From Myxococcota bacterium (lineage in GTDB: Bacteria; Myxococcota_A; Polyangia; Nannocystales; Nannocystaceae): 37,558 bases of DNA. Under the pieces are notes generated by a model. That model saw only the letters and a list, made by a program, of their open reading frames with translations, ran no database searches and was not told where the DNA came from. Below, piece by piece: positions 8,900 to 17,529 of the stretch. Position 1 is the stretch's first letter. Each line of letters opens with the position of its first letter. The stretch covers positions 1 through 37,558 of the forward strand of contig JBCCHT010000070.1 in assembly GCA_039028615.1 (NCBI GenBank), given 5' to 3'. Position numbers and translations under genes: made by a program.

Positions 8900-8924
8900 G
8901 GCGCCGCAACGCTTTCGTCGCGCG

Positions 8925-8939
8925 GCGCAAATCCTGCGA
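8925..8939. promoter_or_regulatory. Palindromic operator copy 4 (GCGCAAATCCTGCGA), upstream of the small membrane protein
   Basis: 50 nt upstream of ATG 8990. Confidence 0.58.
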
Positions 8940-8989
8940 TCCCCGACCACGAGCGCAGCGGTCATGCTGATGGAGAAGGACACTCCACG

Positions 8990-9328
8990 ATGACCGAAAC
9001 GAGCGCCACCCCCACCCGTCGCAACCTGTCGCCTGCCCTGTCCAGCGCCATCATGGGAGGGCTTTTGGTGGGCTCCGCCGCTGCCGTGTTCGCGTTCGCG
9101 TTCATCGGGCCCCAGACCGGCTATGGCTTTGGTGGTTTCGAGGTACTGCTCGTCGGGTTGCTCGGTTCCGTCTTCGGCACGGTGGCGGGAGCGGTCGCGG
9201 GGGCATCGGAGACCGGCGAGGGCGAAGCGGTCGAGCTGCCTTCACCGCCGCGGGCCGCGAGCGTTGCGTATGAGGCACTGCCCGTCGAGGGCGTCGTGAC
9301 TCGCTCGTCGGCGGCTCAGTACACCTAG
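8990..9328 (+). CDS. Small hypothetical membrane protein (two Gly-rich hydrophobic helices)
   Basis: RBS-like GGAGAAGGA upstream; hydrophobic segments AIMGGLLVGSAAAVFAFAFI and VLLVGLLGSVFGTVAGAVAG. Confidence 0.65.
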   Translation: MTETSATPTRRNLSPALSSAIMGGLLVGSAAAVFAFAFIGPQTGYGFGGFEVLLVGLLGSVFGTVAGAVAGASETGEGEAVELPSPPRAASVAYEALPVEGVVTRSSAAQYT

Positions 9329-9398
9329 CGGTTTCTGCCCGTCTCGTTTTCGTTGGCAGGCACGGACCGACCGTCGTGCTTCGCAACCATCCCCCGTT

Positions 9399-9445
9399 CG
9401 CGGCTCCACCCTGGTCTCTCCCCCCCTGACCTCGGTGGAGCCGCG
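9399..9445. terminator. Stem-loop between convergent genes
   Basis: CGCGGCTCCACC (9399-9410) is the perfect reverse complement of GGTGGAGCCGCG (9434-9445). Confidence 0.5.
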
Positions 9446-9475
9446 TCGCACCCGAGCAGGTTGGGAGTCGGCGGC

Positions 9476-9859
9476 TCAGTGCTCGGGGGTCTCGCCTGCC
9501 GCGAAGGTATGGCCAAAGCACGTGGCGCCCTCGAACCGAGCGCCGCGTAGATCGGCACCTTGAAACGAGGCGCCTTCGAGCGCTGCACCCGAAAAGTCGG
9601 CTTCACGCAGATCGGCACCGTCGAAACAGCACGTCTTCACGTTGGCGCCCACGAAGCGCGCCCGCTTCAGGCTGGCATCCCCGAGGTCGGCCACGATGAA
9701 GCAACCGCTGAAGTCCGCGTCATCGAGACGGGCACCGCGTAGCGGTGCACCGTCTTCAGGATCGTCGATGTCGATCTCGCGAAAGTCTCGACGGCCCGCT
9801 CGGTAAAGCTCGAGCACGCGGCCCGACGCCAACCGTTCCTCCGTGCTCTCGCGCCCCAT
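9476..9859 (-). CDS. Pentapeptide repeat protein
   Basis: Tandem A(D/R)(L/F)xx repeats: ADLREADFSGAALEGASFQGADLRGARF. Confidence 0.9.
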   Translation of the reverse strand: MGRESTEERLASGRVLELYRAGRRDFREIDIDDPEDGAPLRGARLDDADFSGCFIVADLGDASLKRARFVGANVKTCCFDGADLREADFSGAALEGASFQGADLRGARFEGATCFGHTFAAGETPEH

Positions 9860-9874
9860 GCTCGCGACTTTCGC

Positions 9875-11395
9875 TCAGACGTCTTTGAGCGCGATCCGTG
9901 CCGCGTTGTACCCACACATCCCATGCACGCCGGCCCCGGGATGGGCGTAGCTGGAGCAGAGATACAGCCGATCGACGGGCATCCGATAGCGGAAATACGG
10001 AAACGCGGGCCGGAACAACAGCTGGCGGTACCACGCGTTCGAGCCTCCGCCGAGATCACCCCCGACGAGGTTGGCATCCATGGCCTCGAGATCGGGCGGT
10101 GCCACCACGGCGCGATCGATGATCGTGTCCCGAAACCCAGGCGCCAGCCCTTCGATGCGTTCTTCGACCCGATCGGCAAACGACTGGGCATGGGCCGACC
10201 ACCCTCCGTCGGGCAGTTTGGGTGGCACGCGAGAGTAGGTCCACAGGGTGTGTTGCCCGTCGGGCGCCCGGGTGGGATCGGCGAGGGTCTGCTGACCCAG
10301 GACGAGATACGGATTGTCGGGCAGCTCGCCGCGCCGCACCTGAGCGGTGAACTGCGAGAGATCCTCGAGGCTGTCCCCGGCATGCACGACCGCGCTGCGC
10401 CGCGCCTCGTCCACTGCCCAGGGCACGGGCTCACGAAGCGCCCAGTCCATCTTGAAGGCACCCCAGCCTCGCGGATACCGCTGGGCCATCTTCACGAGCC
10501 GACTCGGGATGTACTGCCGGTCGACCAGGTGCAGCCACAGGGCACTGGCGTCGGTGTTGGCGAGCACGGCCTGCCGGGCCTGAATCTCCTGGCCATCGGC
10601 GAGCCGCACCGCACTCGCTCGGCCGTCCCGCACGATGATCTCGTCCACCCGCGCGCCGAGCCGAATCTCGCCGCCGTGCAGCTCGAGCACCTTCACCAGC
10701 GTGTCGGCGATCGACTGCGCTCCGCCTTCGGGTACGACGTAGCCGCCCGTGGTGGCGGTCATGCCCAGCATGAAGCCCAGCGCAGCACCGAACCAATCGT
10801 CGGGACCGACGTCGACGTGCAGGGCGAGTCCGGGCAGCACCCGTCGGGCGGCTTCGCTGTCGAACCATCGCTTGGCCAGGCCCTTGCCGCGCGACAGGAA
10901 CACGGAGGCGACCTTCAGCAGGTTCACGGGCAGAAGCCGCAGCATGGGGCGCACCGCGGGGAAGGTCTCCATGAGCATCGGCAGCAGGTGCGGCTCGATG
11001 CGTCCGTACCAGGAGGCAATCCGCCGCCAGGTGTCGCCATCTTTGGCGCTACCGAAGTGCTTGGCGGAGACGTCGTGGTCGCGGCTGATGCAGGCGAAGG
11101 TGCCGTCGGGCGCGGGGTGACAGCTCTCGAACTCCGAGCCGCACCAGCGCAGACCGTGCTGGGTCAGGTCGAGCTCTCGGAACGCGGGGCTCAAGGTGCC
11201 CCAGGGGAAGAACGCGGCGCCCACGTCGTGCACGAAGCCGGGGCGAGTGCTCTGCACCGAACCCACCGCGCCGCCAGGGCGGTCGGGGTTGGCCTCGAGG
11301 ACGAGCGTCTTCAGTCCCGCCTTGGCGAGCACACAGGCGGCCACCAGCCCGTTGGGGCCCGATCCAATGACAATCGCGTCGGGATCGCCGTTCAT
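9875..11395 (-). CDS. FAD-dependent oxidoreductase, phytoene-dehydrogenase-like family
   Basis: DAIVIGSGPNGL FAD motif; PEGGAQSIAD; C-terminal LYLCSSYAHPGAGVHGMCGYNAA. Confidence 0.92.
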   Translation of the reverse strand: MNGDPDAIVIGSGPNGLVAACVLAKAGLKTLVLEANPDRPGGAVGSVQSTRPGFVHDVGAAFFPWGTLSPAFRELDLTQHGLRWCGSEFESCHPAPDGTFACISRDHDVSAKHFGSAKDGDTWRRIASWYGRIEPHLLPMLMETFPAVRPMLRLLPVNLLKVASVFLSRGKGLAKRWFDSEAARRVLPGLALHVDVGPDDWFGAALGFMLGMTATTGGYVVPEGGAQSIADTLVKVLELHGGEIRLGARVDEIIVRDGRASAVRLADGQEIQARQAVLANTDASALWLHLVDRQYIPSRLVKMAQRYPRGWGAFKMDWALREPVPWAVDEARRSAVVHAGDSLEDLSQFTAQVRRGELPDNPYLVLGQQTLADPTRAPDGQHTLWTYSRVPPKLPDGGWSAHAQSFADRVEERIEGLAPGFRDTIIDRAVVAPPDLEAMDANLVGGDLGGGSNAWYRQLLFRPAFPYFRYRMPVDRLYLCSSYAHPGAGVHGMCGYNAARIALKDV

Positions 11396-11432
11396 TCGCG
11401 GCGACCCTACCACGGCGCCCGCGGGTGCTCGC

Positions 11433-12161
11433 TCAGGTCATCTGATCGAGGTACTTGGGCAGCATCTCGCGCCAGGTCGGCCAGTCGTGGTCGTAGTCGG
11501 TGCCCCAGGGATCGACGCGGTTGGGCACGCCCATTCCGCCGAGCATGTTGGCGACGCGCCAGCTCTCGGCCGGACTCTCCCAGCGTCCCTCGCCGGTCGC
11601 GAGCAGCACGAAGCGCTCACGCAGCAGGGCCAGCTGCGGGCTCTCGCCGAGGCCGGGTAAGAAGTGCAGCGGCGAGCAGTAGTGGAAGTCGAGGGGATGC
11701 TCGCCGTTCATCCACCGCGACAGGTCGTAGGTGCCGCTCATGCAGATCGCCGAGCGGAACACGTCGGGGTGACGGCAGATCGCCGCGAGTGCATTGAACG
11801 CGCCGATCGACGCGCCCGCGGTGACGACCTCGATGTCGGGTGTCTTGCAGTCGGTGCGAATGGCGGGCACGAGCTCGTCGATGACGAAGCGATCGAAGGC
11901 GTTTTGGATCCGCGCCCGAAAAGCACCCGAGCTCGCGCCGTCGGTCCAGATGCGCCCCGCGACGCTGTCGCAGGTGTAGATCTTGACGCGACCCGCTTCG
12001 ATGAGAGGCATGAGCGCGTCGATCATCAAGAAGCGCTCGCACTCTTCGGCGTCACCGCCCGCAGTGGGAAAGAGCAGCACGGGCAGGCCGTAGTGACCCC
12101 AGCGTGCGACGAGCACCTCGGTGTTGAGATGCGGGGAGTACCAGCGGTTGGTGAGCTTCAC
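11433..12161 (-). CDS. Esterase family alpha/beta hydrolase (COG4947-like)
   Basis: WGHYGLPVLLFPTAGG, GASIG nucleophile, MSGTYD, HDWPTW. Confidence 0.88.
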   Translation of the reverse strand: MKLTNRWYSPHLNTEVLVARWGHYGLPVLLFPTAGGDAEECERFLMIDALMPLIEAGRVKIYTCDSVAGRIWTDGASSGAFRARIQNAFDRFVIDELVPAIRTDCKTPDIEVVTAGASIGAFNALAAICRHPDVFRSAICMSGTYDLSRWMNGEHPLDFHYCSPLHFLPGLGESPQLALLRERFVLLATGEGRWESPAESWRVANMLGGMGVPNRVDPWGTDYDHDWPTWREMLPKYLDQMT

Positions 12162-12376
12162 GGTCTTGGGCCGGAGTCTACATTCCCCGTGGCGTCGATC
12201 CGTGCACCCGGTGCGTCTTTTCGCTCAATTCGATGATCACCGGAACCGGCGCTGCCGCGCATCGGGGACCGGTCCGAGAACCGGACTCGGCCTGCCGCCA
12301 CGGTGTCCGATTCTCCGCATGGGCGTGCGTTCATTGGGCGCCATGGGCGTTGGGGCCTCGTGCTAGCCTTCGTGTC

Positions 12377-13723
12377 ATGCGACGGTGTTCGATCTTATTC
12401 TTAGGCTGCGTTCTCCCCGCGGGGTGCTTCAACCCGGGGACGGTCAACGATACGGACACCAACGGCAGCAGCGGGACTTCGGCGGTCGAGCCCTCGAGCG
12501 GTGGCCTCTCCACCACGGGGACGCCACCGGACACGATGACGGACTCGCCGACCGACTCGGGTGAGGAGACCACCACCACGATGGGGGTCGACCCGGACTC
12601 GTCGTCGGGCGACGACGCCACGACGGGGCCACCCCCGATGTGCGGCGACGGCAATGCCGATCCGGGCGAGTTGTGCTTCGGCGATCCTCCCGAGATCTAC
12701 CCCACGGGGGACGAGCCCTACGATCTGGCGATCGCCGACATCGACAGTGACGACGTGCTCGACATCCTGACGCTGAGCTACACCAACGACTTGCTGTCGA
12801 TCCTCGAGAGCGACGGGATCGGCGGGTTCACGCCCCCGTCCAACTACGACGGCGGCGGGAATCCGCATCGGGTGCGCACGGCCGACTTCGACGGCGATGG
12901 CGACAGCGACATCGTGATCGCGGGAGGCCAGCTGGTCACGTACTGGAATCAGTCGGGCTCGTTGGTGCAGCGCATCGAGCCGGGCGGCTTCGGAGGCAGC
13001 TTCGGCATCAACAGCATGGAGGTCATGGAGGGCAACGGCGACGAGGTGCCCGACATCGTCTACACGCAGGCCTACGACTTCCAGTTCGCGGCGGGCACCA
13101 TCGTCAGCAGCCGCTGGGCGCTCATCAACTCGGGCAGCATCATCAATGCGGGCGAAGGGGCGTCGGGGATCTGGGCCACCGAGTTTGCCTGGGACTCGGA
13201 CAGCGACGCGGACGTGATCGGGGTCAACCAGTACTACTCGGACGCGTTCATCACCACGGGCAACGGCGACGGCAGCTTCAACGAGGTGCACGAGCACCAG
13301 GTCTGCCCGGGGCGCTTCGCGGGGGCCCGCCACGTGATCACCGACGACTTCGACGGCGATGGCTCGCAGGACATCGTGGTCACGTGCATGGACGGAGACT
13401 TCACGGTGAGCCTGGGGACGGGCGCGATGGCGTGGAACGACCACACCATCTACTCGCTCGACGGGGCCCATCGTCCCTATGCCTACGACATCGACGACGA
13501 TGGCGACCCCGACTTGCTGGTGGCGACCTCGACCCTCAACCGGGTCGCGCTGTACATCAACGACGGGTCGGGGAGCTTCACGTTCAGCGAGCTCGAGTTC
13601 CTGACCAACGGCTCGCCCTACGGGGTCGAGGTCGCCGATCTCAACGGAGACGGCGGGCCCGACATCATCACCACGTACCAGGACGGCACGGGGCAGGTGA
13701 TGGTCTGGTACTCGAACCCGTAG
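12377..13723 (+). CDS. FG-GAP/VCBS-repeat lipoprotein with Ser/Thr-rich linker and a myxobacterial Cys-rich repeat
   Basis: Lipobox-like LPAG-C; CGDGNADPGELC; repeated DFDGDGxxD / DLNGDGGPD calcium-blade motifs. Confidence 0.88.
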   Translation: MRRCSILFLGCVLPAGCFNPGTVNDTDTNGSSGTSAVEPSSGGLSTTGTPPDTMTDSPTDSGEETTTTMGVDPDSSSGDDATTGPPPMCGDGNADPGELCFGDPPEIYPTGDEPYDLAIADIDSDDVLDILTLSYTNDLLSILESDGIGGFTPPSNYDGGGNPHRVRTADFDGDGDSDIVIAGGQLVTYWNQSGSLVQRIEPGGFGGSFGINSMEVMEGNGDEVPDIVYTQAYDFQFAAGTIVSSRWALINSGSIINAGEGASGIWATEFAWDSDSDADVIGVNQYYSDAFITTGNGDGSFNEVHEHQVCPGRFAGARHVITDDFDGDGSQDIVVTCMDGDFTVSLGTGAMAWNDHTIYSLDGAHRPYAYDIDDDGDPDLLVATSTLNRVALYINDGSGSFTFSELEFLTNGSPYGVEVADLNGDGGPDIITTYQDGTGQVMVWYSNP

Positions 13724-13735
13724 GCGACGCGGGCG

Positions 13736-14935
13736 TCACTCCAGCTTGACGAGGAAGGCGCCCGCCTCGTCGCTGCCGCTGACGTAGGCGTGACACTCGG
13801 CGTCGGTGGCCAGATCGAGGCCCCAGAAGCCGTCCATGCTGGTCTCGGCCAGCACGTCTCCGCCCGCGGTGATCCGCTGGACGAGGATCGGGTCGTCGGG
13901 GAAGGCTCGGCCCAAGACCACGAGGTTGCCGTTGGCGTCGACGTCGACTTGCACCGCGCCGTAGTCGAGCTCGATCGCCTCGAGGAAGGCCCCGTCGGCC
14001 CCGAAGTGGTCGAGGCGACCCGCGCTGCCCTTGCCGGGGAGGATGGAGAGCCAGGCCCCGCCCGCGCCGTCGGCCGCCACGCCGTGTGCCGTCTCGAAGC
14101 CCTCTGCGCTCGACTCCACGATCCACTCGATGGCGCCGTCGGGGCCGATACGAGCCAGCAGGGGGCCCCCGGCGTTGCTATGGCCGGCGACGAAGTAGCC
14201 ATCCGCCCCGTCGTTGGTGGCGTCGAAGACGTGCTCGTCGCCGCCGTGATCGTACGAGTCCGAGGCGGACCCGGCTGCGCCGCTCAGGATCAGGTCGACG
14301 AGGAGGTCGTCGTTGCTGCCACCGAACAGGACGTCGCCGTTGGGGCCGATGGCGGTGCCGCCCGCATCGACGGCGCCCGAGATCCCGGGGCTCTCGAACT
14401 GCAGCTGGCCCGCGTCATCGAAGATCTGCAGGATGGCGGTGCCCGTGGTGCGGTCGGTGCCCACGAACGAAGTGACCGACCCGGTGGCGATGTCGTGCTG
14501 GCGCAGCGCACCCTCGCCTCCAGTGGTCAGAGCGTCGGCGGACCACTGCTCGTTGCCGTCGAGGTCGTGCACCCGAATGCGAGTGGCGGGATCCCAGGTG
14601 GTCGCGACCCAGGCGACGCGGCCCTCGGCGACCGAGACGGACTCGCCGCGATCGCGCTCCGGGTCGTCGATGCGCCACAGCTCGGCGAGGGAGCCCGGCT
14701 CCCCGCAGGGCCCGGTGGGGGGCGGCTCGCCCGTGGAGGTGCCGACGGTCGGAGAACCCGTGTCGGAGTCGGGATCGACGGTGTCCTCGGGGTCGGTGGT
14801 CGAGCCCGAGTCGACGCCGTCGGTCACCGCATCGGTGTCGCTCTCGCCGAGCTCACCCTCGACGGTCGGCCCACATGCGGCGGCACAGGCCGCCAGGGCC
14901 AGGAGCAAGGAGTTCGACTGGATAAGGCAATGCAT
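13736..14935 (-). CDS. Lipoprotein with acidic Thr/Ser linker and beta-propeller-like repeats
   Basis: LAACAAA-C lipobox; repeats like VAADGAGGAWL, VDVDANGNLVVLG, LATDAECHAYVSG. Confidence 0.75.
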   Translation of the reverse strand: MHCLIQSNSLLLALAACAAACGPTVEGELGESDTDAVTDGVDSGSTTDPEDTVDPDSDTGSPTVGTSTGEPPPTGPCGEPGSLAELWRIDDPERDRGESVSVAEGRVAWVATTWDPATRIRVHDLDGNEQWSADALTTGGEGALRQHDIATGSVTSFVGTDRTTGTAILQIFDDAGQLQFESPGISGAVDAGGTAIGPNGDVLFGGSNDDLLVDLILSGAAGSASDSYDHGGDEHVFDATNDGADGYFVAGHSNAGGPLLARIGPDGAIEWIVESSAEGFETAHGVAADGAGGAWLSILPGKGSAGRLDHFGADGAFLEAIELDYGAVQVDVDANGNLVVLGRAFPDDPILVQRITAGGDVLAETSMDGFWGLDLATDAECHAYVSGSDEAGAFLVKLE

Positions 14936-15085
14936 GCCTATACAGTGCTCAACGAGCCCAGATCGACCGCTTCGTCGGCGAAGTTTTTTCGAGATCCCCG
15001 AGATCGTTGACGAATTGCGAAGCCGCGATCTGCCCCGCGGGCGCGTTGTGAGCGCTCGTTGGCACGCCGGGTGTCGCCGCTGCGC

Positions 15086-16396
15086 TCAGGCGGGCGGGAC
15101 CTGGTCGGGCGAACCGTCGGGGCTGCCTTCGCCTTTGCCGAGCCGGTCGGCCTCGGTCTTGCGCCAGAACTGGATGAGCCCCCAAAAGTGCTCGGTGAAG
15201 CGCTCGACCTCGTGCTCGGGGAACAGGGCCTGCACCTTGGCGAGCACGTGGCCCTTGGCCTGCGGCGTGCCGAAGAACTCCCACACGACCTCGTTGAGGT
15301 GGCTCAGGTGCGTGTGGCAGAACTCGGTGAAGCGATCCTGGTCGAGGCGCTTGCGGGCGATGGCCGCGTACTCGGCCAGGCGCTCGCGGTAGGGCAGGTC
15401 CTTTTTGGCGACGGCGTAAAAGGGCTCCCAGTCGAGGTTCTGCGGCATGGTGCGCTGGGTGGCGGCGCAGTAGAGCGACCACCGCACCATGTTCTTCACC
15501 ATCTCGGGGAAGTGGTAGTGCAGCGAGGTGACCTGGAAGTCGGGGCACGCGTTGGCGAAGTCGATGGGATGGAAGGTGCCGTTTTTGCGCAGCGACTCGC
15601 AGGAGTTGAACTCCCAGCCGAAGAACGCGTTGATGGTCAGCGCGGTGTCGGTGAGCAGCGACCACTCGTCGGAATCGACGAAGTGGAAGTCGACCTTGTA
15701 GCGGTCGTGCAGGGGCGCGCCGGGGTCGTAGCGCACGATGTGGACCTGGGGCCCGATGCCGATGGCGCGCACGAACAGGTCGAAGGGGTCGACCGCCTTT
15801 TGCAGGTGCATGACCCGGCTGCCGCTGTTTTCGTAGGCCTCGCGCAGCTTGGCTTCGTCGTCGATCTTCGACACGCCGACCCATGCCCCGCCGTCGTAGG
15901 GCTTCATGAACATGGGGTAGCCGAGCTTCTCTCCCACCGCGCCCAGGTCGAAGAGCCGGGCGTAGCGCTCGAGGGTCGTGCCGACGTCGTCGTGCTCGAC
16001 GTGCTCCTTGGGCGGGATGAGCAGGGTGTCGGGCACGGGCATGCCCAGCTTCATCATCGCGCAGTAGGAGGTGTGCTTCTCCATGGACTGCAGCGACCAC
16101 GGATTGTTGAGCACGTAGAGCCCGTCCATGATGACCGCCTTCTTGATCCACTCGCGGCTGGTGTGGAACCAGTGCGTGAGGCGGTCGAGGACGACGTCGT
16201 AGCGGCAGGGCTGGGTGAGCGTGAAGGGCTCGACGGTGACCCGCTCCACATGGAAGCGCACCAGCTCGTCGCCGATGGGCATCGCGGGCTTGAGCCGGTC
16301 GATGATCTGCTCGTAGCAGGCGGGCCAACAAAGGTCGGCCCCCAGTGAGAGTCCGATGGTGCGGGTGACCTCGGTGCGCGCGGGCATGGGGCTCAT
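15086..16396 (-). CDS. ATP-grasp ligase (RimK/glutathione-synthetase-like)
   Basis: GMPVPDT, GYPMFMKPYDGGAWVGVSKI, LQKAV, EFNSCE..PIDFANACPD. ATG 16396 overlaps the upstream stop (ATGA). Confidence 0.88.
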   Translation of the reverse strand: MSPMPARTEVTRTIGLSLGADLCWPACYEQIIDRLKPAMPIGDELVRFHVERVTVEPFTLTQPCRYDVVLDRLTHWFHTSREWIKKAVIMDGLYVLNNPWSLQSMEKHTSYCAMMKLGMPVPDTLLIPPKEHVEHDDVGTTLERYARLFDLGAVGEKLGYPMFMKPYDGGAWVGVSKIDDEAKLREAYENSGSRVMHLQKAVDPFDLFVRAIGIGPQVHIVRYDPGAPLHDRYKVDFHFVDSDEWSLLTDTALTINAFFGWEFNSCESLRKNGTFHPIDFANACPDFQVTSLHYHFPEMVKNMVRWSLYCAATQRTMPQNLDWEPFYAVAKKDLPYRERLAEYAAIARKRLDQDRFTEFCHTHLSHLNEVVWEFFGTPQAKGHVLAKVQALFPEHEVERFTEHFWGLIQFWRKTEADRLGKGEGSPDGSPDQVPPA

Positions 16397-17529
16397 TCGT
16401 AAACCATCCACAGTGGCCCGGGGAACAGGTAGGACAGCCCGGCCTGCATTCGATCGCGCCAGTTTTCCCAATTGTGACCGTCGCGGACCCACTCGTACCG
16501 GCAGTCCATGCCCGTGGTCTGCAAAAGCGGCACCAGGGACCGGTTTTCGTAGATCAGGGACTCGTACATCCCGCAGCTGAGGTAGACCTGCTCGCTGGGC
16601 CGGCCGGGGGCGTCCCGAAATGCATTGACGAACTCGACCACGCGGTCGAAGGCGGGCCCGCGCTTGTGATTGCCGATGTCGGTGAAGGCGAACGAGCCCG
16701 ATTGCAGCAGCAGGCGGCCGAACTTGCCCGGATGGCGCCAGGCGGTGGACAGCGAGGCGACCGCGCCGAAACTGGCCCCCATCAGGCCGCGGGTGGCGGG
16801 CGCGGGCATCAGCGGGTAGCGCTCCTCCATGGCGGGCAACACGTGCTCGGCCAGGAACGCGGCATGCCGGGGGTCGTCGGGGTACTCGATCATGCGGTCG
16901 CCCGGGTGGGTGAGCGCGGCGATGACGGGCGCGACCTCCAGGCGATGGATGAGGTTGTCGAGGATCTCCTTGAGCGCGGCGTAGCGCAGGTAGTCCCCGC
17001 CGTCGTGCACGATGAGCAGCGGGTAGCGGCGCGTAGGGCGGAATCGCGCGGGGAGATAGACGCTGACCCGACGGGGCTCCCCGAAGGGCGTCTCGGTCAG
17101 CCACAGGTCCTCGATGTGCCCCGGTCGGCTCTCGGGATCGGCGAAGGTCCAGTGGGGGCGCTCGTAGCCCGAGCCCGAGCACACCGAGTTGGCGCCGAAG
17201 GGGTCCTGGGCCAGGTGCGGGTTGAAGGGGTCGCGGATCCACTCGTGGTGGTCGCCGCGAACGATCTCCAGCTTGTACTCCACCCGCGAGCCGGGCGGCA
17301 TCTCGTGCACGTGGTACCAGAGGTCGGTGTCGTGCACGCGGGTGAAGGGCTGCGACGACTCGAGGCCGTAGATCCAGTGCCGCAGGTTCACCGCGTCGGC
17401 GTGGCCCCGAAACACGAAGGTGGCGCGGTCGCCCTCGATGAGGGGGAACGAGCGCTCGCGGATGAAGCCGCTGATCGCCTCGTGGTCGGGCGTGCCGCCG
17501 TCGAGCAGGTCGTGGATCGCGAGTCTCAC
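16393..17529 (-). CDS. Fes-like esterase with N-terminal E-set/CBM48-like domain
   Basis: ATFVFRG..DTDLWY..RVEYKL..DPFNP N-domain; VYLPA..YPLLIVHDG; GASFG nucleophile; GHNWENW. GTG 17529 overlaps the upstream TGA. Confidence 0.88.
   Translation of the reverse strand: MRLAIHDLLDGGTPDHEAISGFIRERSFPLIEGDRATFVFRGHADAVNLRHWIYGLESSQPFTRVHDTDLWYHVHEMPPGSRVEYKLEIVRGDHHEWIRDPFNPHLAQDPFGANSVCSGSGYERPHWTFADPESRPGHIEDLWLTETPFGEPRRVSVYLPARFRPTRRYPLLIVHDGGDYLRYAALKEILDNLIHRLEVAPVIAALTHPGDRMIEYPDDPRHAAFLAEHVLPAMEERYPLMPAPATRGLMGASFGAVASLSTAWRHPGKFGRLLLQSGSFAFTDIGNHKRGPAFDRVVEFVNAFRDAPGRPSEQVYLSCGMYESLIYENRSLVPLLQTTGMDCRYEWVRDGHNWENWRDRMQAGLSYLFPGPLWMVYE

Noticed and set aside
9875..11395. Calling this gene crtI (carotenoid synthesis)
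   Set aside because: No crtB or crtE neighbours; the motifs fit the broader phytoene-dehydrogenase-like family.
9923..11797. 624-aa plus-strand ORF
   Set aside because: Antisense shadow of the FAD oxidoreductase with no recognisable motifs.
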